This document shows positions 44,697 through 54,205 of a stretch of DNA of 64,000 nt, piece by piece; position 1 is the stretch's first letter, and every line of letters begins with the position of its first letter. A model generated the notes under the pieces. The model was not told where the DNA came from. It saw only the letters and a program-made list of their open reading frames with translations, and made no database searches. The stretch comes from Acidilobaceae archaeon (GTDB lineage: Archaea; Thermoproteota; Thermoprotei_A; Sulfolobales; Acidilobaceae). The position numbers and the translations under genes are program-made. The DNA lies in the NCBI GenBank assembly GCA_038897215.1, contig JAWAWX010000001.1, positions 160,001-224,000 of the forward strand. Direction: 5' to 3'.

Positions 44697-45626
44697 TTAA
44701 ATATTTTCCGTTGATCCATCGACTGGAACGCTTTCGAAGCCCCTCTCAGAAAGTGCCTCCCCGCTGGCTATCTTCAGTGCTAGCACGCTAACCCAGAAGG
44801 GCTTCCCTCTAGTAGACCTCAGGACCCCCCTCTTCCAGCTTCTCGAGCGCGGCTCCCTGAAGGGTAGAGGGTTACCGCAGCGAGGGCAGCTGGGGTCTTC
44901 TACTATCGTGACGAGAGTGCTCCTAGACCTCTGAGCTAGGATGGCTCCGCAGTTCTCGCAGTAGGTGTCGTGCTCGTAGAACCCTCCTGAGTGTATGTAC
45001 GTGTAGGGGTTAGCCTTCCTGAGCTTCTCGTAGAGCTCTCTCAATCCCCCCCAGTGGCTCTCGGCGACGAAGACGTGTAGGGGAGTCTTGTATCTGGCTG
45101 CTAGCTCAACTGACTCAGAGGACTCCACGTCTCCAGCTTTCTCAGCGTAGACAGCTACCTCCACGTGAGCCCCCAGGTTTCTCGATGCCTCTAGGAGGTC
45201 TGCTATGTTTCCCACGGCTTGGGGGGCTATGAGGCTCAGGTCTTCTAGGAGAATGCAGTCTAGCCATGGGGGTAGCTCTACTCTAGCCAGCCCCTGAGAC
45301 CGGGAGCAGAGAGGCTTGTCGAAGACTCTCTCCCTCAAGACACTCGAGGCTTCTGCTAGAGGCTCAACGCCGTCTAGGAAGACGACGTCGTGAGTCCACC
45401 TTCCCGCTATAGACTTGACCCAGGCTACGTCCACGAGAACGCCCGGGTAGACCTCAGGCCCTCTACCCCACTCGCAGACCTCCAGCTCTCTACTCTCGCC
45501 AAGCTTGCAGTCTATGGAGGTGTAGGGTTTGAGCAGTACTCTCAGAGCTCTAGAGCCCGGCATGAAGTGATAGATGGGTATAGACTCTATTGCCGATAAG
45601 CCGACCATCACTACGCTGAGCTCCAC
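44697..45626 (-). CDS. degenerate AmmeMemo/PflA-like radical SAM homolog
   Basis: IESIPIYHFMPGS and C-terminal TYCENCG...CPRCG; no CxxxCxxC. Confidence 0.65.
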   Translation of the reverse strand: MELSVVMVGLSAIESIPIYHFMPGSRALRVLLKPYTSIDCKLGESRELEVCEWGRGPEVYPGVLVDVAWVKSIAGRWTHDVVFLDGVEPLAEASSVLRERVFDKPLCSRSQGLARVELPPWLDCILLEDLSLIAPQAVGNIADLLEASRNLGAHVEVAVYAEKAGDVESSESVELAARYKTPLHVFVAESHWGGLRELYEKLRKANPYTYIHSGGFYEHDTYCENCGAILAQRSRSTLVTIVEDPSCPRCGNPLPFREPRSRSWKRGVLRSTRGKPFWVSVLALKIASGEALSERGFESVPVDGSTENI

Positions 45627-45692
45627 AACAGCCCCCTAGTCTATGAGAGAGATTAGGCTCTCTATTAAACTCTAGAGAGCGGTGGGGTATTT

Positions 45693-46595
45693 TTGAGAGC
45701 TAGGATAGCCGGGCTCACGGAGCACGCTAGAAGCATTGCTCTCAAGCTCTCGGATATCGCGGGATTCGAGTACCTAGACCTCTCCCACAAGAGGTTCCCA
45801 GACGGGGAGGTCTACGTGAGGGTAGAGAGGAGACTCGATGGCTCCAGAGTGGTTCTAGTAGCTGACTGTAGCCCCCCTAGGCAGAGCGAGTGCATAGTCG
45901 AGTCAGTGGTGGCAGCAGATGCTCTATACGGCTCTGGAGCCGAGGAGGTAATCCTCTACGCGCCCTACCTCCCCTACGCTAGGCAGGATAGAGTGTTCCT
46001 CGAGGGGGAGGCTGTTAGCGCTAGAGCAGTGCTTAGAGCTCTCTACAACTCTGGCTTCAGGAGGCTGGCTGTCGTCGAGGCTCACAGCGAGAGAGTCGGG
46101 GAGCACTTCCCCGGAGTCTTCTGCAACATCAGACCCCTCCCCTACATGGCTAAAGTAGCTGGAGTGAGCTCCTCTAGCATCGTGGTCGCTCCGGACTCTG
46201 GAGCTCTCGAGAGAGCGCGTAGCGTGGCCTCAGCCACCGGGTCTGCTCTAGTATCGTTCAAGAAGACCAGGGATAGAGTTACTGGAGAGATTAGAGTAGA
46301 GGCTCGAGACCTGCTCGAAGCACGCGGTAGAGAGGCTTACATCGTCGACGACATGATCAGCACAGGCTCGACTATAGCGGAGGTCGCTAGAATACTCTTA
46401 GAGATAGGGGTAGCGAGAGTGAGCGTTCTCGTAGCCCACTACCTGAACCTCCCTGGCTCGATGGAGAGACTTGTGGGAGCTGGTGTGAGTAGAGTGATCG
46501 CGGCTAACACCATCGCTCCAGCGGCAAGCAGCTCTCTGGTCTACGTGGATATAAGCGAGGTTGTTGCAGACGAGCTGAAGAGGTGCTTGTCTTAG
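45693..46595 (+). CDS. prs: ribose-phosphate pyrophosphokinase
   Basis: FPDGE, PYLPYARQD, APDSGA, KTRD and VDDMISTGST motifs. Confidence 0.95.
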   Translation: MRARIAGLTEHARSIALKLSDIAGFEYLDLSHKRFPDGEVYVRVERRLDGSRVVLVADCSPPRQSECIVESVVAADALYGSGAEEVILYAPYLPYARQDRVFLEGEAVSARAVLRALYNSGFRRLAVVEAHSERVGEHFPGVFCNIRPLPYMAKVAGVSSSSIVVAPDSGALERARSVASATGSALVSFKKTRDRVTGEIRVEARDLLEARGREAYIVDDMISTGSTIAEVARILLEIGVARVSVLVAHYLNLPGSMERLVGAGVSRVIAANTIAPAASSSLVYVDISEVVADELKRCLS

Positions 46596-47575
46596 TGGAG
46601 AAACTCTACCTACTCTACTCTCTCGAAAACCAGCCTCTAGCAAGAGAAGAGCTGGGAGCCCTGATAGAGATAGCGGTCCCCGAGTCTAGGATACTGGCTG
46701 AAGCAGAAGGCCTAGTCCTCCTAGAGGCTAGAGTAGAGGATGTGAGGAGAGCGTTCTCCAGGTCAGCGTACATCCTGGAGTACGGAGAGCTCCTATCCTA
46801 CGGGAGCATCGACGAGGTCGAGCAGGTGGTAGAAGAAGCAGTAGCAAAGAAGGGCTACAGCAGTCCAGCGATTCACGCTAAGAGCATCAAGAGCTATGGG
46901 AGAGAAGCTCTCTCCAAGCTCGAGAAGCTCTCTCTAAAGAACTCGAGAAGAGGCTATCTCAGAGTCGTCGCTAGCGAGAGCCTCGTAGCGGCAGGAGTCC
47001 CTCTGGAGAAGCTGAAGATCTCGAGAGCGATAAAGCCTAGAGCTAGAGCGGTAACGGGAGCCCTAGACCCTAGAGTCTCCAGAGCGCTAGTCAATCTCTC
47101 AAGGCTGAGAGAGGGAGGAGTCTTCCTAGACCCCTTCTGCGGAACAGGAAACCTAGCTATAGAAGCGTGTAGCGTGGGCGCGTCGAGAGCTCTCTGTAGC
47201 GACATAGATAGCTCTATGTGCGGAGTCTCCCGAGTCAACGCGGAGAAGGCGGGAGTAGCCGAGTGCGTTGAGGTCTTGAGGAGCGATGCGAGAGAGCAAC
47301 CGCACCCAGGGGAGTCCTTGGACGCTGTAGCCACAGACCCTCCTTACGGGAGGTCGAGCTCTACCCGGGGGGAGGGCTATGAGAGGCTCGTAGAGGAGTT
47401 CCTAGAGGAGTCTCTAGACTCGCTCAAGAGAGGCTCCTACATAGTCTACGCTGGCCCCTACGAGCTCAAGCCCTGGCTTCTAGCCGAGAGAGTGGGCCTC
47501 GTTTTCGTCAAGAGGATCCACATGTTTGTCCACAGGAGCCTAGTCAGAGAAGTCGTGGTAGCGAGAGTGCCGTAG
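46583..47575 (+). CDS. tRNA (guanine-N2) methyltransferase, Trm11/TrmG10-like
   Basis: DPFCGTG, TDPPYG and VHRSL motifs. Confidence 0.85.
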   Translation: MLVLVEKLYLLYSLENQPLAREELGALIEIAVPESRILAEAEGLVLLEARVEDVRRAFSRSAYILEYGELLSYGSIDEVEQVVEEAVAKKGYSSPAIHAKSIKSYGREALSKLEKLSLKNSRRGYLRVVASESLVAAGVPLEKLKISRAIKPRARAVTGALDPRVSRALVNLSRLREGGVFLDPFCGTGNLAIEACSVGASRALCSDIDSSMCGVSRVNAEKAGVAECVEVLRSDAREQPHPGESLDAVATDPPYGRSSSTRGEGYERLVEEFLEESLDSLKRGSYIVYAGPYELKPWLLAERVGLVFVKRIHMFVHRSLVREVVVARVP

Positions 47576-47577
47576 AG

Positions 47578-48513
47578 TTGGCTAGATACATAGAGGTATA
47601 CATGCTCGGAACCGGGGGAAGCGTCCCCACAGCTGAGAGGATGACTTCCTGCATACTGGTGAAAGACTGGCTTGGCTTCCACGTGCTCCTCGACGTAGGA
47701 GAGGGGTGTCAGCTCAGGCTACAGCAAGCGGGGGTCTCTCCGGCCTCTATAGACGTGGTGGCTCTAACGCACAGCCATGGAGACCACGTGAACGGACTAG
47801 CTGGACTAGTGCAGACCATGACTCTCCAGGATAGGAGTAAGGAGCTCCTGATAATTGGGGCTAGGGATGCTGTCGAGTTTGCTGAAGAAAGCCTGGAGGT
47901 AACCAGGCTGAGAGCAGGGTTCTCTATCAGGACGCTCGCTGTGAAGAACAGGGGGTCGGTGGAGCTACAGGTCAGAGGAGGAGACACTCTAGCCCTCTCC
48001 TGGTCTCCGGCGTGTCACAGCATAGAGTCCTACGCTTTCAGGCTCGAGTGGAGTCTGAGAGCTAGAGTCGACGTAGCGAAGCTAGAGGCTCTCGGGCTCA
48101 AACCCGGCTCCTGGCTTAGAGAGCTCTTCGAGAAAAAGGAGGTCGAGGTCGGGGGGAGGATGCTCAGAGTAGAGGACGTAGCACTAGAGCCTCCTCGCTC
48201 CTTCTCAGTCACGTACTCTGGAGACACCACGCTATGCGATAGCGTCGTGGAGCTCGCTAGAGGCTCCCACCTCTTGATCCACGAGGCCACGTTCTCCGCT
48301 AGAGACTCGAGAGACGCTAGCGAAGCCTACCACAGCACGTCTCTAGACGCTGCTACAGCCGCTCTAGAAGCGAGAGTAGCGGAGCTAATCCTCACACACG
48401 TGAGCGGCAGGTATAGAGGATTCGAGGCTAGAGTTCTCGAGAGAGAAGCCCGGCAACTGTTCCCCCGAGCCCGCCTAGCCTGGGACCTGATGAGACTCAG
48501 ATTCATTGTATGA
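47578..48513 (+). CDS. rnz: ribonuclease Z
   Basis: LGTGG, DVGEG, THSHGDH, exosite GLKPG, SGDT, HEAT and THVSGRY motifs. Confidence 0.95.
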   Translation: MARYIEVYMLGTGGSVPTAERMTSCILVKDWLGFHVLLDVGEGCQLRLQQAGVSPASIDVVALTHSHGDHVNGLAGLVQTMTLQDRSKELLIIGARDAVEFAEESLEVTRLRAGFSIRTLAVKNRGSVELQVRGGDTLALSWSPACHSIESYAFRLEWSLRARVDVAKLEALGLKPGSWLRELFEKKEVEVGGRMLRVEDVALEPPRSFSVTYSGDTTLCDSVVELARGSHLLIHEATFSARDSRDASEAYHSTSLDAATAALEARVAELILTHVSGRYRGFEARVLEREARQLFPRARLAWDLMRLRFIV

Positions 48514-48533
48514 GCTAAAGCTAAAGCTCTCCA

Positions 48534-48950
48534 ATGGGAGAAACCTCGGGGAGAGCAGGAGTGAGCGAGAAGCATAGAGAAGAGGAGGTCCAGAAGAAGA
48601 TGATTGCTCTGCTGAGAGCAGGAGCGACGATGCTCGCTGAATCGTGCCCTCTAGACGGCTACCCCCTATTCAGGCTCAAGAGCGGAGAAATAGTGTGCCC
48701 TCTCCACGGCAGGGTCTTCGTTGTATCCAGTGAGAGTGAAGCTGAGGAAGTAGAGATAGACTACGTGGTCTCTAAGATAGCGCTCTACGCGGCTAGGAAA
48801 GCCTACGAGACGCTATCATCTAACGGAGACCCCGACGATATCAGAGCATGGCTCTCAGTGCTGGAGGCAGCGGAGAGAGTCAGGAGTCTCAGGTTGCAGG
48901 CTAAGAGCCACCTAAAGCAAGCCGAGGCTAAGGGTGAAAGCAGAGGTTGA
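48534..48950 (+). CDS. UPF0148 / Sjogren autoantigen p27-family Zn protein
   Basis: LLRAGATML..CP.DGYPLF..G...CP.HG. Confidence 0.85.
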   Translation: MGETSGRAGVSEKHREEEVQKKMIALLRAGATMLAESCPLDGYPLFRLKSGEIVCPLHGRVFVVSSESEAEEVEIDYVVSKIALYAARKAYETLSSNGDPDDIRAWLSVLEAAERVRSLRLQAKSHLKQAEAKGESRG

Positions 48951-49891
48951 GCAGTATACTGAGCAGAGAGGAGCTCGAGGCGTGCATAGACGTAGCCTAC
49001 AGCACCTACACCAGGTCGGAGGTCCTCGGGGGCTCGGTAGAGGTAGAGAGAGAGTCGAGCGCGAGCTCTGAGACGAGCTATGGTAGAGTCGCTCTCTTAG
49101 TCAAGAGCGTTCACGAGGTTAGCGTAGACGAAGTCCCGATACTGAACTCTATAATGGATGCTCTCAGTCCTCGCGACATAGACTTGGAGATATACGAGTA
49201 CGATAAGCTAACAGGCTTGAAGAGCTCTCGCTACGAGGTTTTCGCTGAAAACCTCGAAGAAGCCGTGCTGAAAGGAAGAGCGTTGATAGCCATACTCCCC
49301 TACGTCATGCCCATAGCTCTCCTCTCACGCTTGAGTAGAGAAGCCTCGGAGGTCTTGGAGGAGAAGTCTAGCGTAGTCTTGGTGAACGTGAGGTACAAGA
49401 ATCTCCTCTACCTCCCCGAGGCTAGCGTTGCCGGAGGAGTAGTAGAGCTAGTGGGCAAAGAGAGTAGCCTCTCGAGCACTGAGAGGCTTCAATGGCTTAG
49501 AGAAGAGGCTCTCAGGAGAGGGTTTAAGAGAGTAGAGTTAAGGGTTCTCCCCGATAACAGGAGCATATTCGAGTACGTGACAAGCCTAGGGCCTAGAGGC
49601 ATCTACAAGAGAGTCCCTGTCACCAAGCTCTCCTACTTCCTAGTAGCCTTAGCTCGGTGCCAGGGCTGGTCTGGCATAGAGGAGCTGATGAGGAGAGAGG
49701 AGGCGGTGCACGCTATATACATGTACGGCTTGAGCAAAGACCTGGAGAACGACATACTCTCAGAGCTCAAGAAGACTCTGAGCAAGCGCTCGCTACCAGT
49801 GCCCCGCGAGCCTCACAAAGCGTGGGTCAAGAAGGGAGTCGAGAGCGTGATGGTCGAGCTCCTCAGAGTCTACGGGCTTATAGGAGGATAG
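48947..49891 (+). CDS. hypothetical protein
   Basis: 314-aa ORF, translationally coupled within the operon. Confidence 0.75.
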   Translation: MSSILSREELEACIDVAYSTYTRSEVLGGSVEVERESSASSETSYGRVALLVKSVHEVSVDEVPILNSIMDALSPRDIDLEIYEYDKLTGLKSSRYEVFAENLEEAVLKGRALIAILPYVMPIALLSRLSREASEVLEEKSSVVLVNVRYKNLLYLPEASVAGGVVELVGKESSLSSTERLQWLREEALRRGFKRVELRVLPDNRSIFEYVTSLGPRGIYKRVPVTKLSYFLVALARCQGWSGIEELMRREEAVHAIYMYGLSKDLENDILSELKKTLSKRSLPVPREPHKAWVKKGVESVMVELLRVYGLIGG

Positions 49892-49899
49892 CTCTAGAG

Positions 49900-50757
49900 A
49901 TGCCTAGAGTCAGAGTGTCTGAGAGCAGAGCAGTCGAGGTCGGCAGGCTCCTATCCAGGCTCGGCGTTAGAGCAGTTCTAGAACTCGAAGACGCGGACCC
50001 CCAGAGGGTAGCAGCTCTAGTTATAAGGAGCCACGTGGGAGCCTGGGCTCCAGTCTACACTCTACTCCTTGCTCTAGCCAGCTACAGGCTCTCAGCTAGA
50101 GGAGAGGAGTGGTGGAGCTCCTACGCGGACTTCGTCGTGTCTCGGAGGAAGCCAGAGAGCTTGGAGGACGTGGTCGGAGACGTGGTTGATTTCATCTACA
50201 CCAGCCCGGGAGCAGGGGTCAGGAGAGACGAGAAGGCTAGGAGAGTCGAGAGAGCATCGAGGAGCGCTAGAGGCTTGCTACTAGCTCTCAGAGAAGACAA
50301 CAGCATAGTCTACACTAGAGCTCAGTGGATCCTGGGAGAGGTCTCTAGAAGCCTGGGAGCACCGTGGTACTCAAAGACTGTAGTGTTCGCTCTAAAGATG
50401 GCGTACTACGCTGTCAGAAGCCCGGGAGAAGCCAGGGTAGTCGAGGGGGTCGACGCTGTCCCAGTAGACTCTAGAGTAGCTTGCGCCTCGTACTCCAGCC
50501 TCATAGTGGAAGCTGAGAGCTACAGAGATGCTCTCAGAGAGCAGAGAGAAGTCTCTAGAGCCTGGGCTCTAGCATCTAGAGCTAGCGGCATACCTGGAGT
50601 CCACCTAGACTCGCTCCTATGGCTCACAGGCTGGGCTCCTCGAGACCTAGACCTGAGCGCGGCTAGAGTAGCGGTAGCAGAGACGCTCTCGAGAGTAGCC
50701 TCCCGCGACCTAGCCGAGCAGATAGCCGTGGAGATCTGCAGGAGAGAGTGCAGATAA
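49900..50757 (+). CDS. archaeal 8-oxoguanine N-glycosylase/AP lyase (AGOG)
   Basis: SYRLS.RGEEWW, KTVVFALKM, PVDSRV and HLDSLLW motifs; start reassigned to ATG 49900. Confidence 0.88.
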   Translation: MPRVRVSESRAVEVGRLLSRLGVRAVLELEDADPQRVAALVIRSHVGAWAPVYTLLLALASYRLSARGEEWWSSYADFVVSRRKPESLEDVVGDVVDFIYTSPGAGVRRDEKARRVERASRSARGLLLALREDNSIVYTRAQWILGEVSRSLGAPWYSKTVVFALKMAYYAVRSPGEARVVEGVDAVPVDSRVACASYSSLIVEAESYRDALREQREVSRAWALASRASGIPGVHLDSLLWLTGWAPRDLDLSAARVAVAETLSRVASRDLAEQIAVEICRRECR

Positions 50758-50803
50758 GACCTTGAGCTAGCCCTCTTGGAGAGCAGAGGAGGCGAGGGAG
50801 AGA

Positions 50804-51058
50804 GTGCCTGCTCTAGTAGAGGTGGTGGCTGTAGGCTCTAGGAGAGTCGGCTTGGTAGAGCTCGCTGAAAAGCTAGCAGAGCTGACTAGAGCGAGCTCTA
50901 TCGAAGTCGAGCTAGTGGAGTCAGACGAGGACTCGAAGAGCTTCAAGATAGTAGTGGAGAGCGATAGAGTAGACTTGAGGGAGCTCGAGTCAGCACTACT
51001 ACGCCTAGGCCTGGTTCTCCACGAGGTTAGGAGAGTAGCGGTTAAGACCTCCTCCTAG
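50804..51058 (+). CDS. DUF211-like small ferredoxin-fold protein
   Basis: beta-alpha-beta pattern LVELAEKL..IEVE..D..KIVVE..D..LE..G..H. Confidence 0.6.
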   Translation: MPALVEVVAVGSRRVGLVELAEKLAELTRASSIEVELVESDEDSKSFKIVVESDRVDLRELESALLRLGLVLHEVRRVAVKTSS

Positions 51059-51074
51059 CCCACTACCAGAGTCT

Positions 51075-51131
51075 GGCTGTGAGCGAGACCACCGACTCTG
51101 AGGAGATGATGTAGCCCAGCGATGGTGAGCC
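51075..51131 (+). ncRNA. weak candidate C/D box sRNA overlapping the trkH start
   Basis: GGC/GCC terminal stem, CTGTGA, D' CTGA 51098-101, C' ATGATGT 51106-12, GTGA 51125-28. Confidence 0.4.
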
Positions 51132-52672
51132 GCTATTTGCCTCTACGATGGCTCGCCTACGTCTGGATAAGCCTACTGGTAGCTGGAGCGCACAGCCTAG
51201 CCTCAGGGCTCCTCGGCCTAGTAGCGTACAGGCTACTAGGAGGCGGTTCTGGCGAGCCATACCACTCCATAGTGTTCACGGTCTTCGGTCTACTCTCGCT
51301 AGCAGTAGCCTACGCTATCGCAACCCTCCCGAAGCCAGAGCTGAGTAGAGAGGAGGCTTTCCTCGTCGGCGTTCTAGTCTGGGTCTCGACGCCCCTAGTC
51401 TCCGCCATACCGCTCTCTCTCGCTCTAAGAATCCACTACGTGGACGCTCTGTTCGAGAGCGTCTCGGGCTGGACTACCACAGGGCTGACCTTGATGACTG
51501 GAGAGTACAGTAGCTTAGGGGGCTTTCTGCCCTCTCCCGAAGAGCTCCCCCCAAGCGTCCAGTTCTGGAGGAGCTTGTCTCAGTGGATGGGGGGTCTCGG
51601 GATACTGGCGCTAACAGCCTACCTGCTCGCAGGGCACAGGCTCTCGATAGCCTACCTCTACATGGTTGAGGGTAGGTTTCAGAGGATATCATCGAATATA
51701 TATGTTGCTGTGAGAGAACTCTCAGCAGTCTACATAGCGTTCACTATAGCAATCGCTATCGCGCTCTACGTGGCCGGCATGAGCTTCTACGATTCGATAC
51801 ACCACGCTATGACCAGCATCGCCACAGGAGGCTTCTCCACACACAGAGATAGCGTGGGATTCTATGGGAGCACGCTGGTCCACGTAGTTGTGCTAGCGGC
51901 TATCCTCACGGGAGCAACATCGTTTCTAGACCTGTATTATCTGCTAAGACTCAAGCTGAGAAAGCTTCTTGAAAGCGTTGAGCTCAAGGCTCTGCTCACA
52001 GTCTGCTCCATAGCCGTAGCGCTCACTACAGCTCTCTGGCTAGTAGACCCCCTGACTAGAAGCGAGTTCCCTAGCCTCTTCGCGCTAGTCTTCAGCTCGA
52101 TATCGGCTCTCGCTACAGCCGGGTTTACTGTAAGCGATATCTCTAGAGCTGACGAAGCGTACAAGTTCTTAGCGATCACGCTAATGCTCGTCGGCGGTAG
52201 CGCTTTCTCCACAGCCGGGGGGATCAAGCTACTGAGAGTAGTCGTGGTCGCTAAGAGCATCTCCTGGGAGATAGAGTCGTCTCTCAAGCCTCAGAGCTAC
52301 GTTAAGCCCAAGAGAGTAGGAGCCTACGCTCTCGACGACGCTCTGCTGAGGAGGACTCTAGTCATAGTCGCTCTATATGTAGCCAGCGTTCCCCTCTTCG
52401 CCACACTCATATGGCTCTCTCTAGGCGGGACTGTGGACTACATAGACGCTATGTTCGAATCAGCTAGCGCGATATCGGGGACGGGGCTCTCAGTGGGCGT
52501 CGCTAGAGCGAACTCACCGCTAGAGGTCAAGGCTCTCCTGTGCTTAGCGATGCTCCTAGGGAGGCTGGAGATACTAGCCTTCCTAGCGGCTCTAGCGGCT
52601 CTCGCATCGAGACTCTCTAAGAGGACCCCGCTGAGAGCCGGCTCTCTGAGGTCTCTACTCTCTCGAGTCTAG
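51122..52672 (+). CDS. trkH: TrkH potassium uptake membrane protein
   Basis: FESVSGWTTTG, QWMGGLG, TGGFS, TAGF, STAGGIK, SGTGLS and GRLE motifs. Confidence 0.94.
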   Translation: MVSRYLPLRWLAYVWISLLVAGAHSLASGLLGLVAYRLLGGGSGEPYHSIVFTVFGLLSLAVAYAIATLPKPELSREEAFLVGVLVWVSTPLVSAIPLSLALRIHYVDALFESVSGWTTTGLTLMTGEYSSLGGFLPSPEELPPSVQFWRSLSQWMGGLGILALTAYLLAGHRLSIAYLYMVEGRFQRISSNIYVAVRELSAVYIAFTIAIAIALYVAGMSFYDSIHHAMTSIATGGFSTHRDSVGFYGSTLVHVVVLAAILTGATSFLDLYYLLRLKLRKLLESVELKALLTVCSIAVALTTALWLVDPLTRSEFPSLFALVFSSISALATAGFTVSDISRADEAYKFLAITLMLVGGSAFSTAGGIKLLRVVVVAKSISWEIESSLKPQSYVKPKRVGAYALDDALLRRTLVIVALYVASVPLFATLIWLSLGGTVDYIDAMFESASAISGTGLSVGVARANSPLEVKALLCLAMLLGRLEILAFLAALAALASRLSKRTPLRAGSLRSLLSRV

Positions 52673-53140
52673 ACCCTCTCCCTGGTACGCTCCCTCGTAG
52701 AGTCTGTGAGGGCTCTCTAAGAGCTTGAAGAAGACTAGCTGGGCTACTCTAGCTCCACGCTGTATCCTCAGCCCTCTCTTGTTGTAGACTACTAGGAGCC
52801 CCTCGCCTCTCCCCACATAGCCCGGATCCCAGACAGTGCACCTCAAGTCGGACCCCATTCTGAGAAGGCTACTCCTCGGGAAGCATAGGGCCACCTGGTC
52901 GCCGGGGACTCTCACCACTTCGCAGAATCTGACCTTGTAGGCTCCGGGCTCCAGTAGCCACCAGCCGTCTCTGCTCTCGAGAAGGCGCCCTCTGGGAACG
53001 GCTCTCGCCTCGATCCCCAGGACTCCGGGCTCGTTGTACTCTAGCACCTCGCAGACGCTGACATCGACTCCAGCCGGCTGGATAGCGCTATCGCTAGCTC
53101 CTAGAACGCTAGAGGCGGCAACACGCCCCGGTAGAGCCAC
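52655..53140 (-). CDS. archaeal dUTPase / dCTP deaminase-family protein (start GTG 53140 or ATG 53164)
   Basis: QPAGVD, PRSSLLR, WDPGY, RVAQL and YEGAYQ motifs. Confidence 0.88.
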   Translation of the reverse strand: MALPGRVAASSVLGASDSAIQPAGVDVSVCEVLEYNEPGVLGIEARAVPRGRLLESRDGWWLLEPGAYKVRFCEVVRVPGDQVALCFPRSSLLRMGSDLRCTVWDPGYVGRGEGLLVVYNKRGLRIQRGARVAQLVFFKLLESPHRLYEGAYQGEGLDSRE

Positions 53141-53230
53141 AGCAAGGCCCCCGAGACCCTTCATCCTCTTTAGCTCTATCTGTAGAGGAGACCTCGATAA
53201 CACGGAGCCGGGGGGAGCGTGAGTCCAGCC

Positions 53231-54172
53231 ATGGCTGTGATAGCTGTTCACGGAGGAGCCGGCTCTTGGAGAGGTAGAGACGAGGCTCGAGTAGTAGAGG
53301 CTCTGAGGAGTGCGGTCGAGGCTGGGCTCAGGGTTAGCGAGAACGGCTGTCTAGACATGGTTGTCGAGGCTGTAGCCTACCTGGAGGACTCGGGCTTGTT
53401 CAACGCTGGAACCGGGAGTATTCTCGACTACTCCGGAGGAGTCTCTATGGACGCGGGGCTCATGACTAGCTCGGGTAGAGCAGCTGGAGTAGCTGCCGTC
53501 AGGTACCCAAGGAATCCGATAAGGCTAGCCAGGGTAGTTTTGGAGGAGACCCCCCACGTGTTGCTCGTAGGGCATTGGGCTGACGAGCTAGCGGTCAAGA
53601 AAGGGCTCCCCCCGCATCCGGGGCCGAGCCCTCAAGCTCTCGAGAGATGGAGGCTCCTCAGGGAGACTCAGCCTCACCCATGGCTTAGAGCCTACGCTGA
53701 AGCTGCTAGAAAGCTTGGCTACGATACCGTGGGTGCTGTAGCGTTAGACGATAGGGGGTGTCTTGCTGCAGCAGCGAGCACGGGGGGCGTGTCGCTAAAG
53801 CTCCCTGGTAGAGTCGGGGACTCCCCGATACCCGGAGCGGGGTTTCACGCTTCAGACCTGATAGCGTCCTCGGCTACAGGCATAGGGGAGACGATCATCT
53901 TATCGATGGTCGCTTTCAGAGCCAGCTACCTCTACTCGGTGCACGGAGACCTAGTCAAGGTTCTCCACGATCTTGTCAGCGAGCATACTCTAAAATGGGG
54001 CCCTGACACTCTCGGCGTCATATCGCTGACAAGAAGCGGGGAGGTCGGAGGTTGCTACAACACTGAAGCTATGCCCTGGGCTTGGGGCTCATCAAGCGGC
54101 CGCATAGAGGTCCTAGGCCTCCCTCGTCACGAAGAGAAGTGTGTTGTGAGACGCGTAACACTCAAGCTCTAG
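53231..54172 (+). CDS. isoaspartyl peptidase / plant-type asparaginase (Ntn hydrolase)
   Basis: HGGAG, FNAG.GS, DTVGAVA nucleophile site, STGG, GRVGDSP and TGIGE motifs. Confidence 0.93.
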   Translation: MAVIAVHGGAGSWRGRDEARVVEALRSAVEAGLRVSENGCLDMVVEAVAYLEDSGLFNAGTGSILDYSGGVSMDAGLMTSSGRAAGVAAVRYPRNPIRLARVVLEETPHVLLVGHWADELAVKKGLPPHPGPSPQALERWRLLRETQPHPWLRAYAEAARKLGYDTVGAVALDDRGCLAAAASTGGVSLKLPGRVGDSPIPGAGFHASDLIASSATGIGETIILSMVAFRASYLYSVHGDLVKVLHDLVSEHTLKWGPDTLGVISLTRSGEVGGCYNTEAMPWAWGSSSGRIEVLGLPRHEEKCVVRRVTLKL

Positions 54173-54205
54173 CAACTACCCCCAGTGCGAGGGCCGAGCT
54201 AGCTC

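Noticed and set aside
49657-49899. N-terminal extension of AGOG
   Set aside because: It overlaps the upstream gene out of frame; family-like sequence begins at ATG 49900.
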